From NCBI RefSeq assembly GCF_006345805.1, contig NC_043009.1, forward strand, positions 31,682,001 through 31,746,000: a stretch of DNA of 64,000 nt. Reading direction: 5' to 3'. Made by a program: the position numbers and the translations under genes. The notes under the pieces were generated by a model. It worked only from the letters and a program-made list of their open reading frames with translations. It was not told the origin of the DNA and did no database searches. Every line of letters begins with the position of its first letter. The stretch's first letter is position 1. This DNA comes from Octopus sinensis. Its lineage: Eukaryota. Positions 1 through 13,945 of this stretch are shown piece by piece.

Positions 1-82
1 AGTAGGGGAAGGAAGGGAACCCAAGTACACTACCAATTTAAACATAGAATTATGAAGAGAAAATTTAACGCTAAGGATAAGA

Positions 83-391
83 TTGAACACTAAAGATAAG
101 ATTGGTATTGATTACAGATTTATTGAAAAAGATAAAAATACTCATTGTGATTGTAAATTTAAAGAGAAATGTAAGCTTAATAATTTATGTAAACTGAAAG
201 ATGTATATAGATGCAAGATAGAAAACGATGGGCTAAATTACTATGACATTGGATCCACGTCAAATTTTATTGAATGTAGATTCGCCAACCACGAAAACAC
301 ATCTAGAAACAAAGATAGATCAAACTCCACTTGTCTTAGTAAATTTATTTGGGAATTAAAGAACAAAAATGGGGATTTATGTTTGATTTGA
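83..391 (+). mobile_element. Penelope-like element remnant, GIY-YIG endonuclease region
   Basis: Translation CDCKFKEKCKLNNLC...YYDIGSTSNFIECRFANH...NSTCLSKFIWELKNK fits the Cys-rich linker, YIG...RxxxH and LSKxIWxLK pattern of Penelope GIY-YIG domains. It is degenerate and truncated. Confidence 0.75.
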
Positions 392-2253
392 CATATTTGT
401 AGGTGGTTTGTCCTTGTCGTTTATTTTCACAGAGTATTTCTTCATATGACTTCTGCTGTTTCTGTTTCGCAACCTCACTTCTTGATTTACACTGAGCCCT
501 CTCCATACCTTTCTGGGCTCAAAGCATCGCTCCTCCACTTGCACTCAAATGGAAAGTCAGCAAATTGCTGTCTAATGCTGGAATCATAAAAATGCACCAA
601 TTGTGTGCTCTAAAGCCTTTAGCAAATGAGCAGAAAATGCACAAGGTTCTGTATTTAGCTTCTTTAATGTTGGTGCCATGAGAAAAGGCTCCGAGTCAAA
701 GTGGTTAGCAACAGGAAGAGCATCCAGTTGTTGAACCCTAGCCAAAATGTCCTGAATTAGCACCAAACAATGTGAACAGAACTCTTAATAGCACCATAAT
801 TTGGACAGTATGGAAAATGTATGAAAATGATGATGGTGATGGGGAGGAGGAGGAGGAGGATCATGATGACAGCGTTGATGTTGGTGGTGGTGATGAAGAT
901 GATGATCATGACCATGATAACAATGATAGTGATAATAATGCTGATGCTGGCACTGCTGCTGCTGATGACGATGATGAAAAAGATGTTGTTGTTGATGATG
1001 ATGATGATAATGATGATGACAAGACGATGATGGTGATGATGATGACTGTGAGGATAATGATGGTGAGGATGATGATATTAGTGATTACATTGATAAGGAT
1101 GACGACAATGACGACGCCAACAATGGCAACGGTGATGACTGTGATGACAGCAATGATGGTGATGATGACGATTCCATATCGCTTTTAAGTCCTGTTTTTA
1201 TCATTCGTATTCTTCTTCTCCAGATGACATATGTCACTTTTACAGAGCTAATGCACCAGTTATAATATATCTCTCGCAGTAAAGCTTTTATATTATGAAA
1301 TATTGTTAAATGTTAAATATTGTTAAATATTGTTCTTTAACCAATAATTTCTTCGTAGTTTTCCTCTTATTGTGATGGACACTGTAAGCAGAAGAATGTA
1401 AGTCTTTGTGATGGAGTTTAATCTTTTGAGAGGCCACCATATGTGACATTCACATAACATGCATTTCCTTACATGATTCCATTAAATTCCCACCACAGCA
1501 TGGCTTCTAAATGCTGGGCTGGCAGGTATTTTGTTTGTTTCTGAATGTATGTAATTGCTCCTGGATGATTATAGATTGTGGAAAAATCTTTCCATTTGCA
1601 GGCCCCCTTTGTATGTATCTTTGCTATGGTTGTCACACACTGTTATTTGTCATAGCAAAACATTACATTCTGCGAAGAATCACAACAAGCAAGATATAAA
1701 ATAATTGTTAGTTGTACCTGTGGATCCAAATACCAGCAACAATAACTACTAGCTTTATTAATATTGCTCCCGGGAATCAGTATTGGATTTGTTTCCCCTC
1801 CTTTCTTCACAGATCACTGAGTCAGTATCCGTGTTGTCATTCAGTATGTTGTTCTCTTTGCAATTTTTTTTTTATTATTGTCATCATCAGCATCATATTC
1901 ATCATCATCATTATTGTTATTAGTTGTTGTAGCAATTGTAAAAATGTCAGCAGGGAGGTAATATTAAGCAATGTTATGTTTTTGTTTCTCTCTTAAATTT
2001 TTAAAGCAAGTTCCTGTTTAGATCCTCTCCTTCCTGTTACCAAACTTTAATTTTGAAATGAACAACAGTGAAAAAATTATAATGGATGGAGAGAAACAGC
2101 AGTAACAAAAGGCTACATTGATGATGATGATGATGGTGGTGGTGGGGGTGGGGGTGGTGGTGGTGGTTGTGGTAATAATAATAGTAATAATAATAGGTGA
2201 GACTTGGAGTCAACTTGTACAAATACAAAGCAAAAGTCAAACATATAATAATG

Positions 2254-2295
<42 letters not shown>

Positions 2296-2304
2296 TAATA
2301 ATAA

Positions 2305-2363
<59 letters not shown>

Positions 2364-2671
2364 GTAATAAAATATAACCATCCATAAAATCTACAATAAA
2401 TGTTATAAGATTAATAAAAACTTAATAAAAAGAAACATGAAAACTTATTTAATAAAGACTGCAATGTGTACAACTAACACCAATTTTGTGTATTACATGG
2501 GATTAATATGCACAAACTATATCATTGACATAAAATACAACATTGTACATAAATGAAGTAATCATGTGGGATAAGCAACACTGGCTAAAATAAAGTTTTC
2601 AATAGAAAGAAAACAAAGGGAAACAATCTTGGTAACTACAATTGATATTTGTATTTCATATGAATTCCATG

Positions 2672-5350
2672 ATTGATTGATTGATTCTAGTTTCAGCTTA
2701 TGAGCTGTGGCCATGCTGGGGCACCGCCATTTGGTGTTGCTACTTGGTTTCACTTCATGGAGGCTTTCTAGCAACTGCTATTTGGTGCATGAGAGAGTTC
2801 GATGCAGCTGCCCTCATCTGCCCCTCCTGTCGTGAAGTTGGTTCATCTGGGACACCTGACAGGAAGAGATCCAGCTTCATTTTAAAGACATCTGTATCCA
2901 CCCCATGCAGGTCTCTCAGGTTCTTCGGGAGGATATTGAAGAGCTGTGGGCCTCGGAAGCCCAGGCTATCACAGAATCTTGTCCTACATCTTGATGGCAG
3001 GTTTGGAGTCCTAGGGACCACGCAGTGGCGCCCAGTTCTGGCATTTGCGTAACTCTCGATGCCAAAGTTCAGGACGCTTCCCTCCAGGATCTTCCAGATG
3101 TATATTATGGCATATCTTTCCCGCCTACGCTCCAGAGAATATAATTTTAATCTCTTGAGTCTTTCCCAGTAGCTTACATTCTGCATAGAGGCTATCTTCT
3201 TTGTGTAGCTTCGTTGGATCGCCTCAAGTTCTGTGATCAACTTGACACTGGATGGTGACCATAGCTGAGAGCAATAGTCAAAGTGGCTTAGGACAAGTGT
3301 CTTCCAGAGGATCATCATGGTTTTTTGTTCTCTTGTTCTAAAGGTTCTAAGAATCCATCCAGCCAGCCGTCTACATTTCATTGTCAGTTTAGCAACATGT
3401 ACATGAAAGGTCGCGTCATCACTCATGTGAATACCCAGGTCACGCACTGATTGTGCCTCTGGGATTGCAATCCCTCCGGGTCCAGTGTATTCATTGGGTA
3501 TTGCATTCAGTTTTGCATGCTGATAGTATAAAGCTTGAAACTTTCCAGCATTGAACTGCATGCTATTCTTTTCAGCCCACTTGTATATTTCGTCCAGCTC
3601 ACATTGCAGGTGTTTAGTGTCCTCAGGGTTCTGTATTGCCTGTGAACTTTTGTATCATCTGCATAACTTGTGATCGTGGCTCTCTGCGTGGCTGAGGGCA
3701 TGTCTGAGAGGGCCATTATGAACAGTAGTGGTCCCAGAACAGTGCCCTGCGGAACACCGCTCACTATTTGTGTGTTAATGGAGGTGGCCCCATTGGCTAC
3801 TACCACCTGACTTCTATCCTTCAGAAAGTCATGAAGCCATTCTCCCAGTTTTCCAACTATGTTGAGATCACGCAGTTTGTGACATATCATTCCATGATCG
3901 ACTTTATCAAAGGCCTTTGCAAAGTCGAGATATATCACTTCCACATTTGAGTGGTTGAGCAGCCGTTTCAGCACCCAGTCATAGTGTTGTAGGAGCTGAG
4001 TTAAACAGCTTCTCCCTGGTCGGAAACCATGTTGGGTGTCGGGCAGCAAGTCATTCTCTTCAAGGAAGGTGATCAGCTTCCTTCTGACTATTCGTTCCAT
4101 GACCTTGCTGATGTGTGAGGTCAGAGAGATAGGTCTATAGTTCTTGGCTTCCGCTCTGCTACCTCCTTTATGAATGGGGCATATTTTACCTTCCTTCAGT
4201 TTTCCTGGAAGTTTGCCAGCTGCAAGGAAGCTCTGAAAGAGGAACTGCAGTGGTCTTGCTAGGACTCTCTTACATGCTTTTAGGAGGATTGCCGGGAATC
4301 CATCGGGGCCAGTAGCTGAGTCTGTTTTCATTTCATCTATAGCCTTGGTTACATCGTCTTCCTTTATATCGATGTAATCTATCGTCGCCGCCTCTGATTT
4401 TATATCTGCAGTGGTAAAAAAGTCAGTTGGATTGGTGATTTGGAGATGCCCAAGGGGTGGAGTGAAAACACTCTTGAATTGCTCATTCAGTATTTCACTT
4501 ACCCTCATTGGTTTTCCTGTAAGTGTGCCATCCTTTTCGAGGAGTGGCCCTATTCTACAGTGCACTGTAGCTGTTTCTTTGGCATACCTGTAGAAAGCTC
4601 TGGGGTTAGATTTTATGTTTTCTATAGCCCAGGCTTCTTTGTCTGCTCTTTCTTTTTCATGGGAGAGTTGCAGACATTTTTCGATTTCCAACAGTTTTAT
4701 TTTTAGGCGGGACTTTTCACTGCTTTCAATCTGTTTGTTTAGGCGATTTGAAAATTTCGTACGCCGTCTCATTAAAATTTTCCTCTCTCTGGGGATTTTG
4801 TTCTTGTGTACAGTGGCCTTTCTCTCTGGGACACATTTGTAGCATATGGCTTGCATTACAGACATGAATTGTTGAAGTTTCACGTCGATGTCTGGCGAGG
4901 AGAGACAATTAGGCCAGTTTTGTTTGAGGATCTCTTTCTCAATTTGTTTCCAGTTTGCCTTATGGTAGTTCAAGCTGGAAAGATTTTGAGGGTTTCTTGT
5001 AGGCTGCATGTCCGTGCTCTCTTTTGGCCCGTACATGGTCAGCTCTATCATGTTGTGATCCGAGAGTAGTGTCGGTGTCACTTTCACATTATGGATGAGA
5101 TCCATGTCATTTGTGAAGCAGAGATCCAGTGTGTTACCTGCCCTGGTTGGTTGGAGTATTACCTGCTCCATGTACAGGGTGTTGATGAGGTTCAGGAGGG
5201 ACCTCGCCTGTCCTCGTTCACATCTTGTCATTCCTGGGAGAGAAAGGCCCTCGGGCCATCTGACATTGGGCAGATTGAAGTCTCCCATAAGAAGCACACC
5301 TATGTGTTGTTCTAATGTGGTTAGAATTTCTTCTATTTTTATAAGGCAGT
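2672..5350 (-). mobile_element. CR1/L2-group (Jockey superclade) non-LTR retrotransposon, 5'-truncated, young
   Basis: APE endonuclease C-terminal motifs (GDFN, LDLCFTN, SDHN), RT motifs (GPDG, YRPISLTS, QHGFRPGRSC, YLDFAKAFDKVDH, GVPQGTVLGPLLF, YADD) and C-terminal YSLERRRERY. It has a short 3' UTR and an (AATC)n tail. CATG flanks both ends (2668-2671 and 5351-5354) and may be a short TSD. Confidence 0.95.
2755..5297 (-). pseudogene. LINE ORF2 (partial APE endonuclease plus reverse transcriptase), single -1 frameshift near 3645
   Basis: ORFs 3507..5297 and 2755..3561 join if one base is restored in GTT-(T)CA after YADDTKV, giving SQAIQNPEDTKHLQCELDEIYKWAEKNSMQFNAGK. I saw no other stop in about 2.5 kb. 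Confidence 0.9.
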
Positions 5351-6156
5351 CATGTAATTATTTCACATATAAAATATTGTTTAAATATTGCACACATATG
5401 AAAATGAGGTAGAAATATTTGCTTAAGACAATGAAGCAGGATAAAACAGATTTTTATTTATGCATAAAGCATAAGTAAAAGATTTCAGTAGAAACCAGGG
5501 ATACTTTTTTATATTATATGAATTCCCTGTGTTATTAGACATGTGATATATTGTTTAAACAGCTCATGTAAAGAGACAAATTAATTCAGATTGAGAATGT
5601 TAGATTAGATACAGTCTGTGAAGTCAGGGATTTCGATTAGAACACTCTCTACATATTCTCAAGTGTACATGAAACTGGAAAATTAAAAAAGGAAGATTCT
5701 ACACATGTAGAAAACCGAACTCAATGCTAATCTAGAAAACTGAACTCAATGCTAAAAATAAGATAGGTATAAATACACTGGTTAGAAACTCCAACTGCAA
5801 CATCATAAGCTGGAAGTGAAGGGAACTGGTGTTTGTGGAAAGAAAACTGATAATGGTTTGAAGTTATCACTGCTAAACTGAATATATCTTCACTATGTGT
5901 AACGATAATGCAGTCTGATAAAAATAGATAAGTACTACAAAATAACAATAGTGGAACTAGAAAAATATATTAGACGTAAACAATGGAAAATAACAAAGAA
6001 AAATGTAAAGACCCAAAACTCTTTGCCTTGTTTATAAAAAAGTAATGGAATAAAAACTGGAAACTAAGTGCAGGAAGAGAAAAACATTAGATAAAGGCAA
6101 AACAATAATGTTATAAAAAGTAACAAAAAAAAAAAATAAAAATTTAAATATATCTC

Positions 6157-6378
6157 AACCCTTTAACATTTAAACCAGCCATATCCAGCACAAATGTTCT
6201 GTTTCATGTTCAAAGAGGCCTAGTCTGACCTCTCACACCTACTCTACAATGTCATTCTAAAATTAAATAATCACATCATTGTAATCTTGAAGCTTCGAGA
6301 TAGTGCATGATTAATGCAAAACACTATAAATAAATAAGTATTACATTTGGCAGATTAACCAGAAGGCTAAAGGATTAA
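6157..6378. mobile_element. piggyBac-type MITE (CCC...GGG ends, TTAA-like target), decayed
   Basis: Begins AACCCTTTAAC and ends GCTAAAGGATTAA. The internal sequence matches the host repeat at about 14500-14945. Confidence 0.5.
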
Positions 6379-6804
6379 TGAAAATATTGTAAGGAAAGCA
6401 ACTCTATTGCTAATAATACTCTGTAAAGCACAACAGATGTGAAGCAAATCAGAATAATTCAACAGTAATCAAATGGATTTGGTCTACAAACATTACACTG
6501 CCAGAAAGGCAACCCTACTCAACACAGCTCATCTCCTATAAAAGACAAATTAAGTTCACTAATGAATATAGCTGTTGGTCAAGTTTGATCATGCATTTTT
6601 ATATATATATGTTGTCGATTGCCTCAAAATGTGGAGTAGAGGAACAGCCAACAACTGATGAACGGTCATTCTTTATGCTACTTGTCTTGTTTTCTATTTG
6701 TTTCTCTCGATCACATACCCAGGTTTGTGTTTGTATTTCATATTGTTTACGTTTTGTGGTGCCCTGTACCCATATATGCTTATATATATATGCATATATA
6801 TATA

Positions 6805-6841
<37 letters not shown>

Positions 6842-7371
6842 ATATCAATAATACAGTGATTGTTTCTTGTCAGGAACAAAAAGATTAATAGGACTGCTAT
6901 AGAAGTGCTCTACTGAAAGAGACAAAAATATCAAACTAAAGTCATTGAACAAACAAAGGCATCTTTTACTTGAATAATTATTTAATAAGATTTCTAAACG
7001 ATGAACTTTTATTTTATTTACATGATATATATTATATATTTTTTATATGCTCCTATATGTATATATATATATTTTATATATTTTTATATACCTTTATATT
7101 TTTATATATTACTTTATATTATATTTTTACTTTCTAGGTTTTCGTTAAAAAAATGTATTTTTCTGAATCGGTAAAATATTAACTCTAAACTGTGACGAAA
7201 AAAATTTTTTCTCGCACCTTATTATTATTATATGCTTGTATGCTTGTACAGATGAATTATGTTCCATCTTGCAGGATGTTTATATGTATATTCTATGATT
7301 AAATGTTCGATTTATGAAATGATATGCAGATGACCTTGCCTTTGTTTGTTCAATAACTTTAGTTTGATATA

Positions 7372-7475
<104 letters not shown>

Positions 7476-7974
7476 GTAAGTATGTACATATATTTATGTA
7501 TATATGCATATATATGTTTATATTTAATTTATATTATGTGTGTGTGTGTGTGTGTGTGTGTATAAGCAAGCCTAGGCAAGGGCAAGATTGCTCTTAAGGA
7601 ATATTGGCTATTGTCTATGCAAGGTAGTCTACCTTCTTTATGCCACAGGTGTTTATCCAAGAGAAAGGTCACTAAACCCAATTAAACTGATATAGCTTGG
7701 CACCAGTCGAGGTGCCGATGTTGCTGTCAGAACATAAAGACATGGAATCAATACCACAATACATCATCTTATCTGACCCATTAATAATTCTATCAATCCA
7801 ATACCCTGGCTTGTTTATTTTGTTTTTTATCAAACCCAAAAGTTGACCTCATCAGGACTTGAACTCAGAATGGAGAGAGGACAAATACTACAAGGTATTT
7901 CTATGCTCCAATCCAACAACTCTTCCTCTTCATCACTTTTAGATTTAATACCTCAACTCAAAGCACACATCCTC

Positions 7975-8640
7975 TCTGCATAGCCTATACAGTAAACATG
8001 TTCCCTCTACATACCTCACAGCTTATACAAGAAACATAGCCTCTGTGTCTACCACATAGCCTATACAATAAACATACTCTCTGTATATATTACTCAACCT
8101 ATACAATGACCATACCTCATAGCTTATACAATAACCGTACTCTTAGTACATACCACAAAGTCTATACAATGACCATACTCTCTTTACATACCATATATAT
8201 TCTATACAGTAACTACCCAGTATAACACAACTCACACAACACTCTACTGAATCACCACCAAACACTATAGCACAACAGCATGTACTCCCAACAGTTGCTG
8301 TACACTTAATTAACACAATGCATGCTTGTACATAAGAAATATCAGACATTATATCAACAACAATAACATACTACAACCCACGCAACACATTATGTATGGA
8401 ATCAACATGGAAGATTACAACACAACACATACAACAATCAGAGTACAAGAAAATAATTCAACATGTACTCTTATGTAATAAATGGCTAACACCACTTTGA
8501 GCTCTACAATGTCAACACCATTTAATATACTACAGCTCACACAACTCATACTGAATAAAATTACTATTAAATGCTAGAACACAGCACTCACAATAATCAT
8601 ATAAAAAAAATGCTTCGACATACACTCACAACAATCACCA
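7975..8640. repeat. Degenerate ACA-rich minisatellite / low-complexity tract
   Basis: Recurrent (C)ATAGCCTATACAATAAACATACTCTC-like units about 35-40 bp apart, decaying into CA-rich sequence. Confidence 0.6.
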
Positions 8641-8647
8641 TATAAGT

Positions 8648-9017
8648 GCAGGCATGGCTGTGTGGTAAAAAGTTTGCCTCTCAACCATGAGGTTCTAGTT
8701 TCAATCCCAATGCATGGGTCTTTGGGCAATTGTCTTCTACTATGGCCTCAGGGCAATCAAAGCCTTGTGGGGGGATTGGGTAGACAGAAACTAAAAGAAG
8801 CTTCTCATATATATTTATGTGTGTGTCCGCATTTGTTCCCCACCACTGCTTGACAACCGGTGTTGGTACATTTACGTCCCTGTAACTTAGAAGTTTGGCA
8901 AAAGTGATTCAAAAGGATTTTTAAAAAAAGTACTGAGGTTGATTTGCACAACTAAAATTCTTTGAGGTGGTGCCCCAACATGGCCGCAGTCTAATGACTG
9001 AAACAAGTAAAAGAGAG
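8648..9017 (+). mobile_element. tRNA-derived SINE family A (LINE-like 3' tail)
   Basis: tRNA-like head (GGCTGTGTGGTAA ... GGTTCTAGTTTCAATCCC) and tail GGTGCCCCAACATGGCCGCAGTCTAATGACTGAAAC. Related copies lie at about 19680-19890(+), 28742-29092(-), 29953-30360(+), 30375-30835(+), 45095-45455(-) and 46910-47340(-). Confidence 0.85.
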
Positions 9018-9707
9018 AAGGTATAGTAAAGTATCATAACACGTGTTCTTACATAACCCCTGGCCAATGCTACATCAGCAGCAACTTCCACGCTCAATGG
9101 TCAACACTAATGAACATCTCACCACCCACGCACACTTCACAGTCACTGTCAGACGCTGAATCATGCAACATCATATGAAGTACAAACAACAACCAATAAA
9201 ACAACACAACACACACATTGTATATACTCCACTTAACAGACAAAACATTTAAAATAACACTTGAAAAACCAAAGCAAAAATTCCATGAAAAAACGGAAAA
9301 CAAACTTCAAATCCCATAACAAAACATGGCTAATGTACTTTGCAAACAGACTCCTACGATCCCAAAACACAACGTCACACATGTGTCTGGAAGACGGAGG
9401 TGTGTTTAGTAGTGGTTCTGTGGAAACGTAAAATTGCTGGAAAAATATAATACAATCAACAAATATATACATACAAATTAAGTAAATAAACAAACAAATA
9501 AAATAATGTAAACTGCAATAAATAATCAAATCTTGTGAGTTGCCTGTTTTATTAGAATTGGTCCCTTTTAGAATGGTTTTAATGGAATATTATTAGTTTA
9601 TTTGAAACAACGCTTTCAGCTTTGGCAAGAACGTAAAATAAAAATCACTTTATCCTTCTAGTTTCTTTGATCTCGGGAATTGTTTGGTCATTATTATTAT
9701 TATTATC

Positions 9708-9766
<59 letters not shown>

Positions 9767-9852
9767 CGTTATTATTATTATTATTATCGTTATTATTATT
9801 GTTGTTGTTGTTATTATTATTGTTATTATTATCATTATCATTATTATTATTA

Positions 9853-9889
<37 letters not shown>

Positions 9890-11399
9890 GTTATCGTCAT
9901 TATTGTTATTATTATTATAATCATCATCTTCATCATCATCATCATCATCGTTATTATATTTCGTCTGTTGGGGATTGAATCCCATTTTGTAAACGGTGTT
10001 TTTTTTTTCCTGGTTAAATGAGACATCAGCAATGTAGAGTAAGGTGGGCACTTGAGATTGGAATGATTCAGCAGATTTAGAAGGAACCTAGGAAGAACTA
10101 ATGTCCCTTGGTTCAATAAAAAAGAATAAAAAATGCCATACAAATTATTTTTAATTGGTCACCTGGTCATGTAATCAGCAGAAATGACAGGGGTACAGGG
10201 GTAGGTAACCCATTGCAATTCCAATTGAAGTCCAGCCTGCAGTCCATCCCGACTGATTCAACAGTTCACTTCCATCATTGCCATTAGTATTAACAGTTTT
10301 ATGTTCATCACTGTTTACAATTTTCTTCCATTAACCATTAAAATGTTGCCATTTATCGGAGAAAAAAACAAGAAATCTAGAATGACAGAGATGCTCAAAC
10401 AGTTGCAAGAGATATGATGGCAGGAGGGTTGGGGTAGTAAAGCCCTAAAATCATATGCTACCAGACCAGAGGTAACAGGTTCAAATGGGTATGTTTCTCA
10501 GGTTATTTGGTAAATATTTAAGGAATGAAAATGCAGTGATAGTAGTGGAAGGGCTTAGTTGTTCTTCAAAGCAGAAACTGTAATTTTTATCTGCCATCTA
10601 GCGGTGATCCAGATAAGATAAATTATAAATTGTTTACCTTGGAATGCATTGAGGTTGTGAGATGTTAGTATAGATAAATGGCTGATAGACAGCAAGCTGG
10701 CAGAACTGTTAGCATGCTGGGGAAAATGCTTAGCCACATTTCAGCTGTCTTTACATTCTGGGTTCAAATTCTACCTTGGTCAGCTTTTACATTGTCAATA
10801 AGATAAGCACCAGTAGAGCACTGGGGTTGATGTTATTGACCAGCCCCCACCCAACAACCCCAAAATTACTGGCCTTGTACCAAAATTTGAAACCAATATA
10901 CATAAATGGCAGGGTGGAAATGAGAAGAGAGAAAACCAGAATATGAGAGGAATCAGAGTTTGGGGGAGAAGATGCCAAAAGAAAGAAAGACTAAGGAATA
11001 TTTGGGAAGAAGTGGTGATAGCTTATCTCAAGAAGCTGACTTTCAGACAAGGAGAAGGATGTCATTGAAGATGATGATGTGGAGGAGGGTGACGATTTTG
11101 ATGATGATGTTGATGAGGAGGATGATGACAACAATGATGAAGATGGTTATGACAATACTGATGATGATGATGATGATGATTCTTACAATGATGAAGATGA
11201 TGAAAATAAGTATGATAAAGAAGACTAAGATGATCGTGACGACAACAATAATAATGGGGACAATGACAAAGATGATGATGATGATGTACGAAGCCTAGCT
11301 GAAAAGTATAGGGCATGAAAAATGGGGAATAACCTTGCAATAAAGTTACTGTTAAAATGGTGAGTTTTGAACAAAAAAATGTTTACTGAAATATCAGAG

Positions 11400-12430
11400 A
11401 GTCTTCCAAATGAAGCTGAATTCGAATGTTGCCAAAGTCAATTTTGTCTTTTATCCTTTCAGGGTAAAAAAAAATAAGAAGAAGAACCAGTTGAGCATTG
11501 AGGTTGATGTAATCGTCTTAGCCCCTCCCCTAAAATTGTTGGCCTTGTGCTCACATTTGAAACCAGTAGTTTAGTTCTAGGACAAAGCAATGAGCTGCCA
11601 GAATCATTAACAAAGTGCTGAGAGGCATTTTGTCTGTCTTTATGTTCTGTGTCTTAATTCCAATGAGGTCGATTAAATAAATACAAGTCAAGCCCTGGAG
11701 TCAATTACATCGACTTATCTTCCCCCACAAAAAAAAAAAAGAAAAGATTGCTGGCCAAAATTCGATCCATTAAATGTAGATCCATGTTTAATCAATACTG
11801 AAGAATATTGAAGTCCTGACAATCCATGTTTATTTTACAAGATCGTCTGCTGAATCATAGGAATTAAAACCAAATTACCATTAGTTTCAGAACAATCAGG
11901 AATTTATCTGAAGGATGCCTGGTATATTTTGCAGTTTAGGGAATTGTATAGCAGAAGCCCCCTCTTATTGGTTCTTGGCTAATATGTGAAATTTGTTATT
12001 ATTATTCTTTTAACCATTTGCTGGAAGATTTGGTTGAACACTGGAAATGAAAGCTTTGTGCTATTATTTGTCCTAGTTCTTAAGATTCTGAGTTCAAATC
12101 CTGCTGAGGTCAGTTTTGCTTTTCATCCCTTCAGAGTTAATAAAATAAAGAGCCACTCAAGGACTGTGGGTCAGTGATATCAACTAAGTCCTCCTCACAA
12201 AATTATTGTTCTGTTACCAAAATTAGGCACCTTATAAACTGGCAGAATTGGTAGAGCATCAAAGGAAAATGCCTTGCAGTATTTGTTCAGGCTATATAGT
12301 CTGTGAGTTCGAATTCCTTTGTGGTCAACTTTGTCTTTCATCCCTCCAGACTTGATCAAATTAAGTACCAGTCATGTCGTGGGGTTGATTGGGTCAACTA
12401 AATCCTTCCTCTCAAAATTGCCGATCAAGT
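11400..12430 (+). mobile_element. Cluster of decayed SINE family B copies
   Basis: Several successive matches to GAGCTGGCAGAA ... GTTCAAATCC ... CTTTGCCTTTCATCC ... AAGTACCAG ... GGCCTTGTG. Confidence 0.7.
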
Positions 12431-13642
12431 TTCTATATTTGTACAGAAGCCATCCTTAGGCATCAATTCCAAGAACTTTCATATTGCTTTCAAATTCCAG
12501 CACAGCCATGCTAACACCTTTACATGGATCATTGGAAATAATAACATGTTATGGTTTGTGTTTATCAGGATTGTTTTGTGGGGGGGGGGGAATTTAATTC
12601 CCATCCATCAAACCCAGTTCTTATTTCATTCCCAAATTTCATTCATCGATTTGTATCAAATTCTTAATTCACTGTGAATGGGTTGTAAATGGGTCTTTAT
12701 TAAAATTGAATAAAGTCTCCCATAGTCTTTAGAAGTTTACTGGGGCCTTAACAAAAACTTCATGTTTATGTGTTTTGTTGATCCCTATCAAAATGTTCAA
12801 GTTACCTGGAATGCATAAATCAATATTGTGAGACTTTATTAAAATCGAAAGAGATGTTCCGTAATTTTGGGGAGTTTAACTGGACCTTAATAAAAGCTTC
12901 GTGTTTATGGATTGCTTCATTAAGTGATTAAACCTTCTGAAGACTCTTCCCATCCAAGTGGATGACTTCAGTTAAACTTACATTTTTCTGATAAAGATGA
13001 AGCACATCTTCAAGAGAAAGAACCTGGCTACTGATACATCATATTGAGAACTTTCTGATGAAGAACTAACGAAGCCGGCCAGAGAAAACAAAATCAGTCG
13101 GAATCTTACAGTCTCGTTGGGTTGTCCACTTAAGGTAAAAAAAAAAAACACAGATTTTAAAATGACTTCAGACAACCTAAACTAAAAATAAATATTTCTA
13201 CTTGTGTTAGTCTTCGATGTTGGACACTTTTGATGTCAGGTCGGAACAAGACTGGAAACGCAACTGTGCTTAATAGGGGAGTGGCAAGATGGGAAGGGGG
13301 GGAGAGAGAGAGAAAGAGAGAGAGAGAGTAAAAAAGAGTGTGAAAAAATAAACATAATAAAGAGAGAAGTTAAGAGGGATAAAGAGAGAAATGAGATGGA
13401 AAAAGAAAAAAGTAAGATAGAAAGCAAAAGAAAGAGAGAGGAGGAAGAGGAATGAAGCAATTGAAGACAGAGAAAGAAGGGGAAGAGAGAGAGGTTTATA
13501 ATAGAAGGAGAGCAAATGGGGAAGGGCAGGGGGGGGAATAAGAGAAAAGATTGTGATAAGAACGAGGAATAGAATGAAGGAAATTCAATGAGGCAAAGAG
13601 AAGGTGGCAAGAATAGAAATAGAAAGAGTTTGTAAAAGAGTG

Positions 13643-13680
<38 letters not shown>

Positions 13681-13844
13681 AAAGAAAGTTAAGAAGAGAG
13701 ATTGAGAAAGATTTAAAATTCAATTTGCTAATAATATATTTTTGTGTGTTGAGGAAGGGGTAGTGAGTGGGGAGGTAATTGAATAAAAAAAAACCAACAG
13801 TTGAAGATCATCTGTTTGTCAGAATAAATTCTTGCTTTACGAAA

Positions 13845-13945
13845 GGCCAATTAACTATCTTATTGATGAAATGATTGGACAAACATTGCTTAACATGGCG
13901 TATAAAAGCCCACCAGACGAGAAATATTTTGGTAACCCATTTAGT
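13845..13945 (+). promoter_or_regulatory. Candidate Pol II core promoter (CCAAT boxes, YY1-like site, TATA box)
   Basis: GGCCAATT at 13845, ATGATTGG at 13871, AACATGGCG directly before TATAAAAG at 13901, downstream of a long GA tract. No linked CDS was found. Confidence 0.3.

Noticed and set aside
8648-8720. tRNA genes at SINE heads
   Set aside because: Only A/B-box-like remnants are present. They continue into SINE bodies and form no complete cloverleaf.
12978-13175. Possible exon (splice-like signals on both strands)
   Set aside because: Plus-strand frames contain stops, and the open minus frame has no recognisable similarity or supported partner exon.
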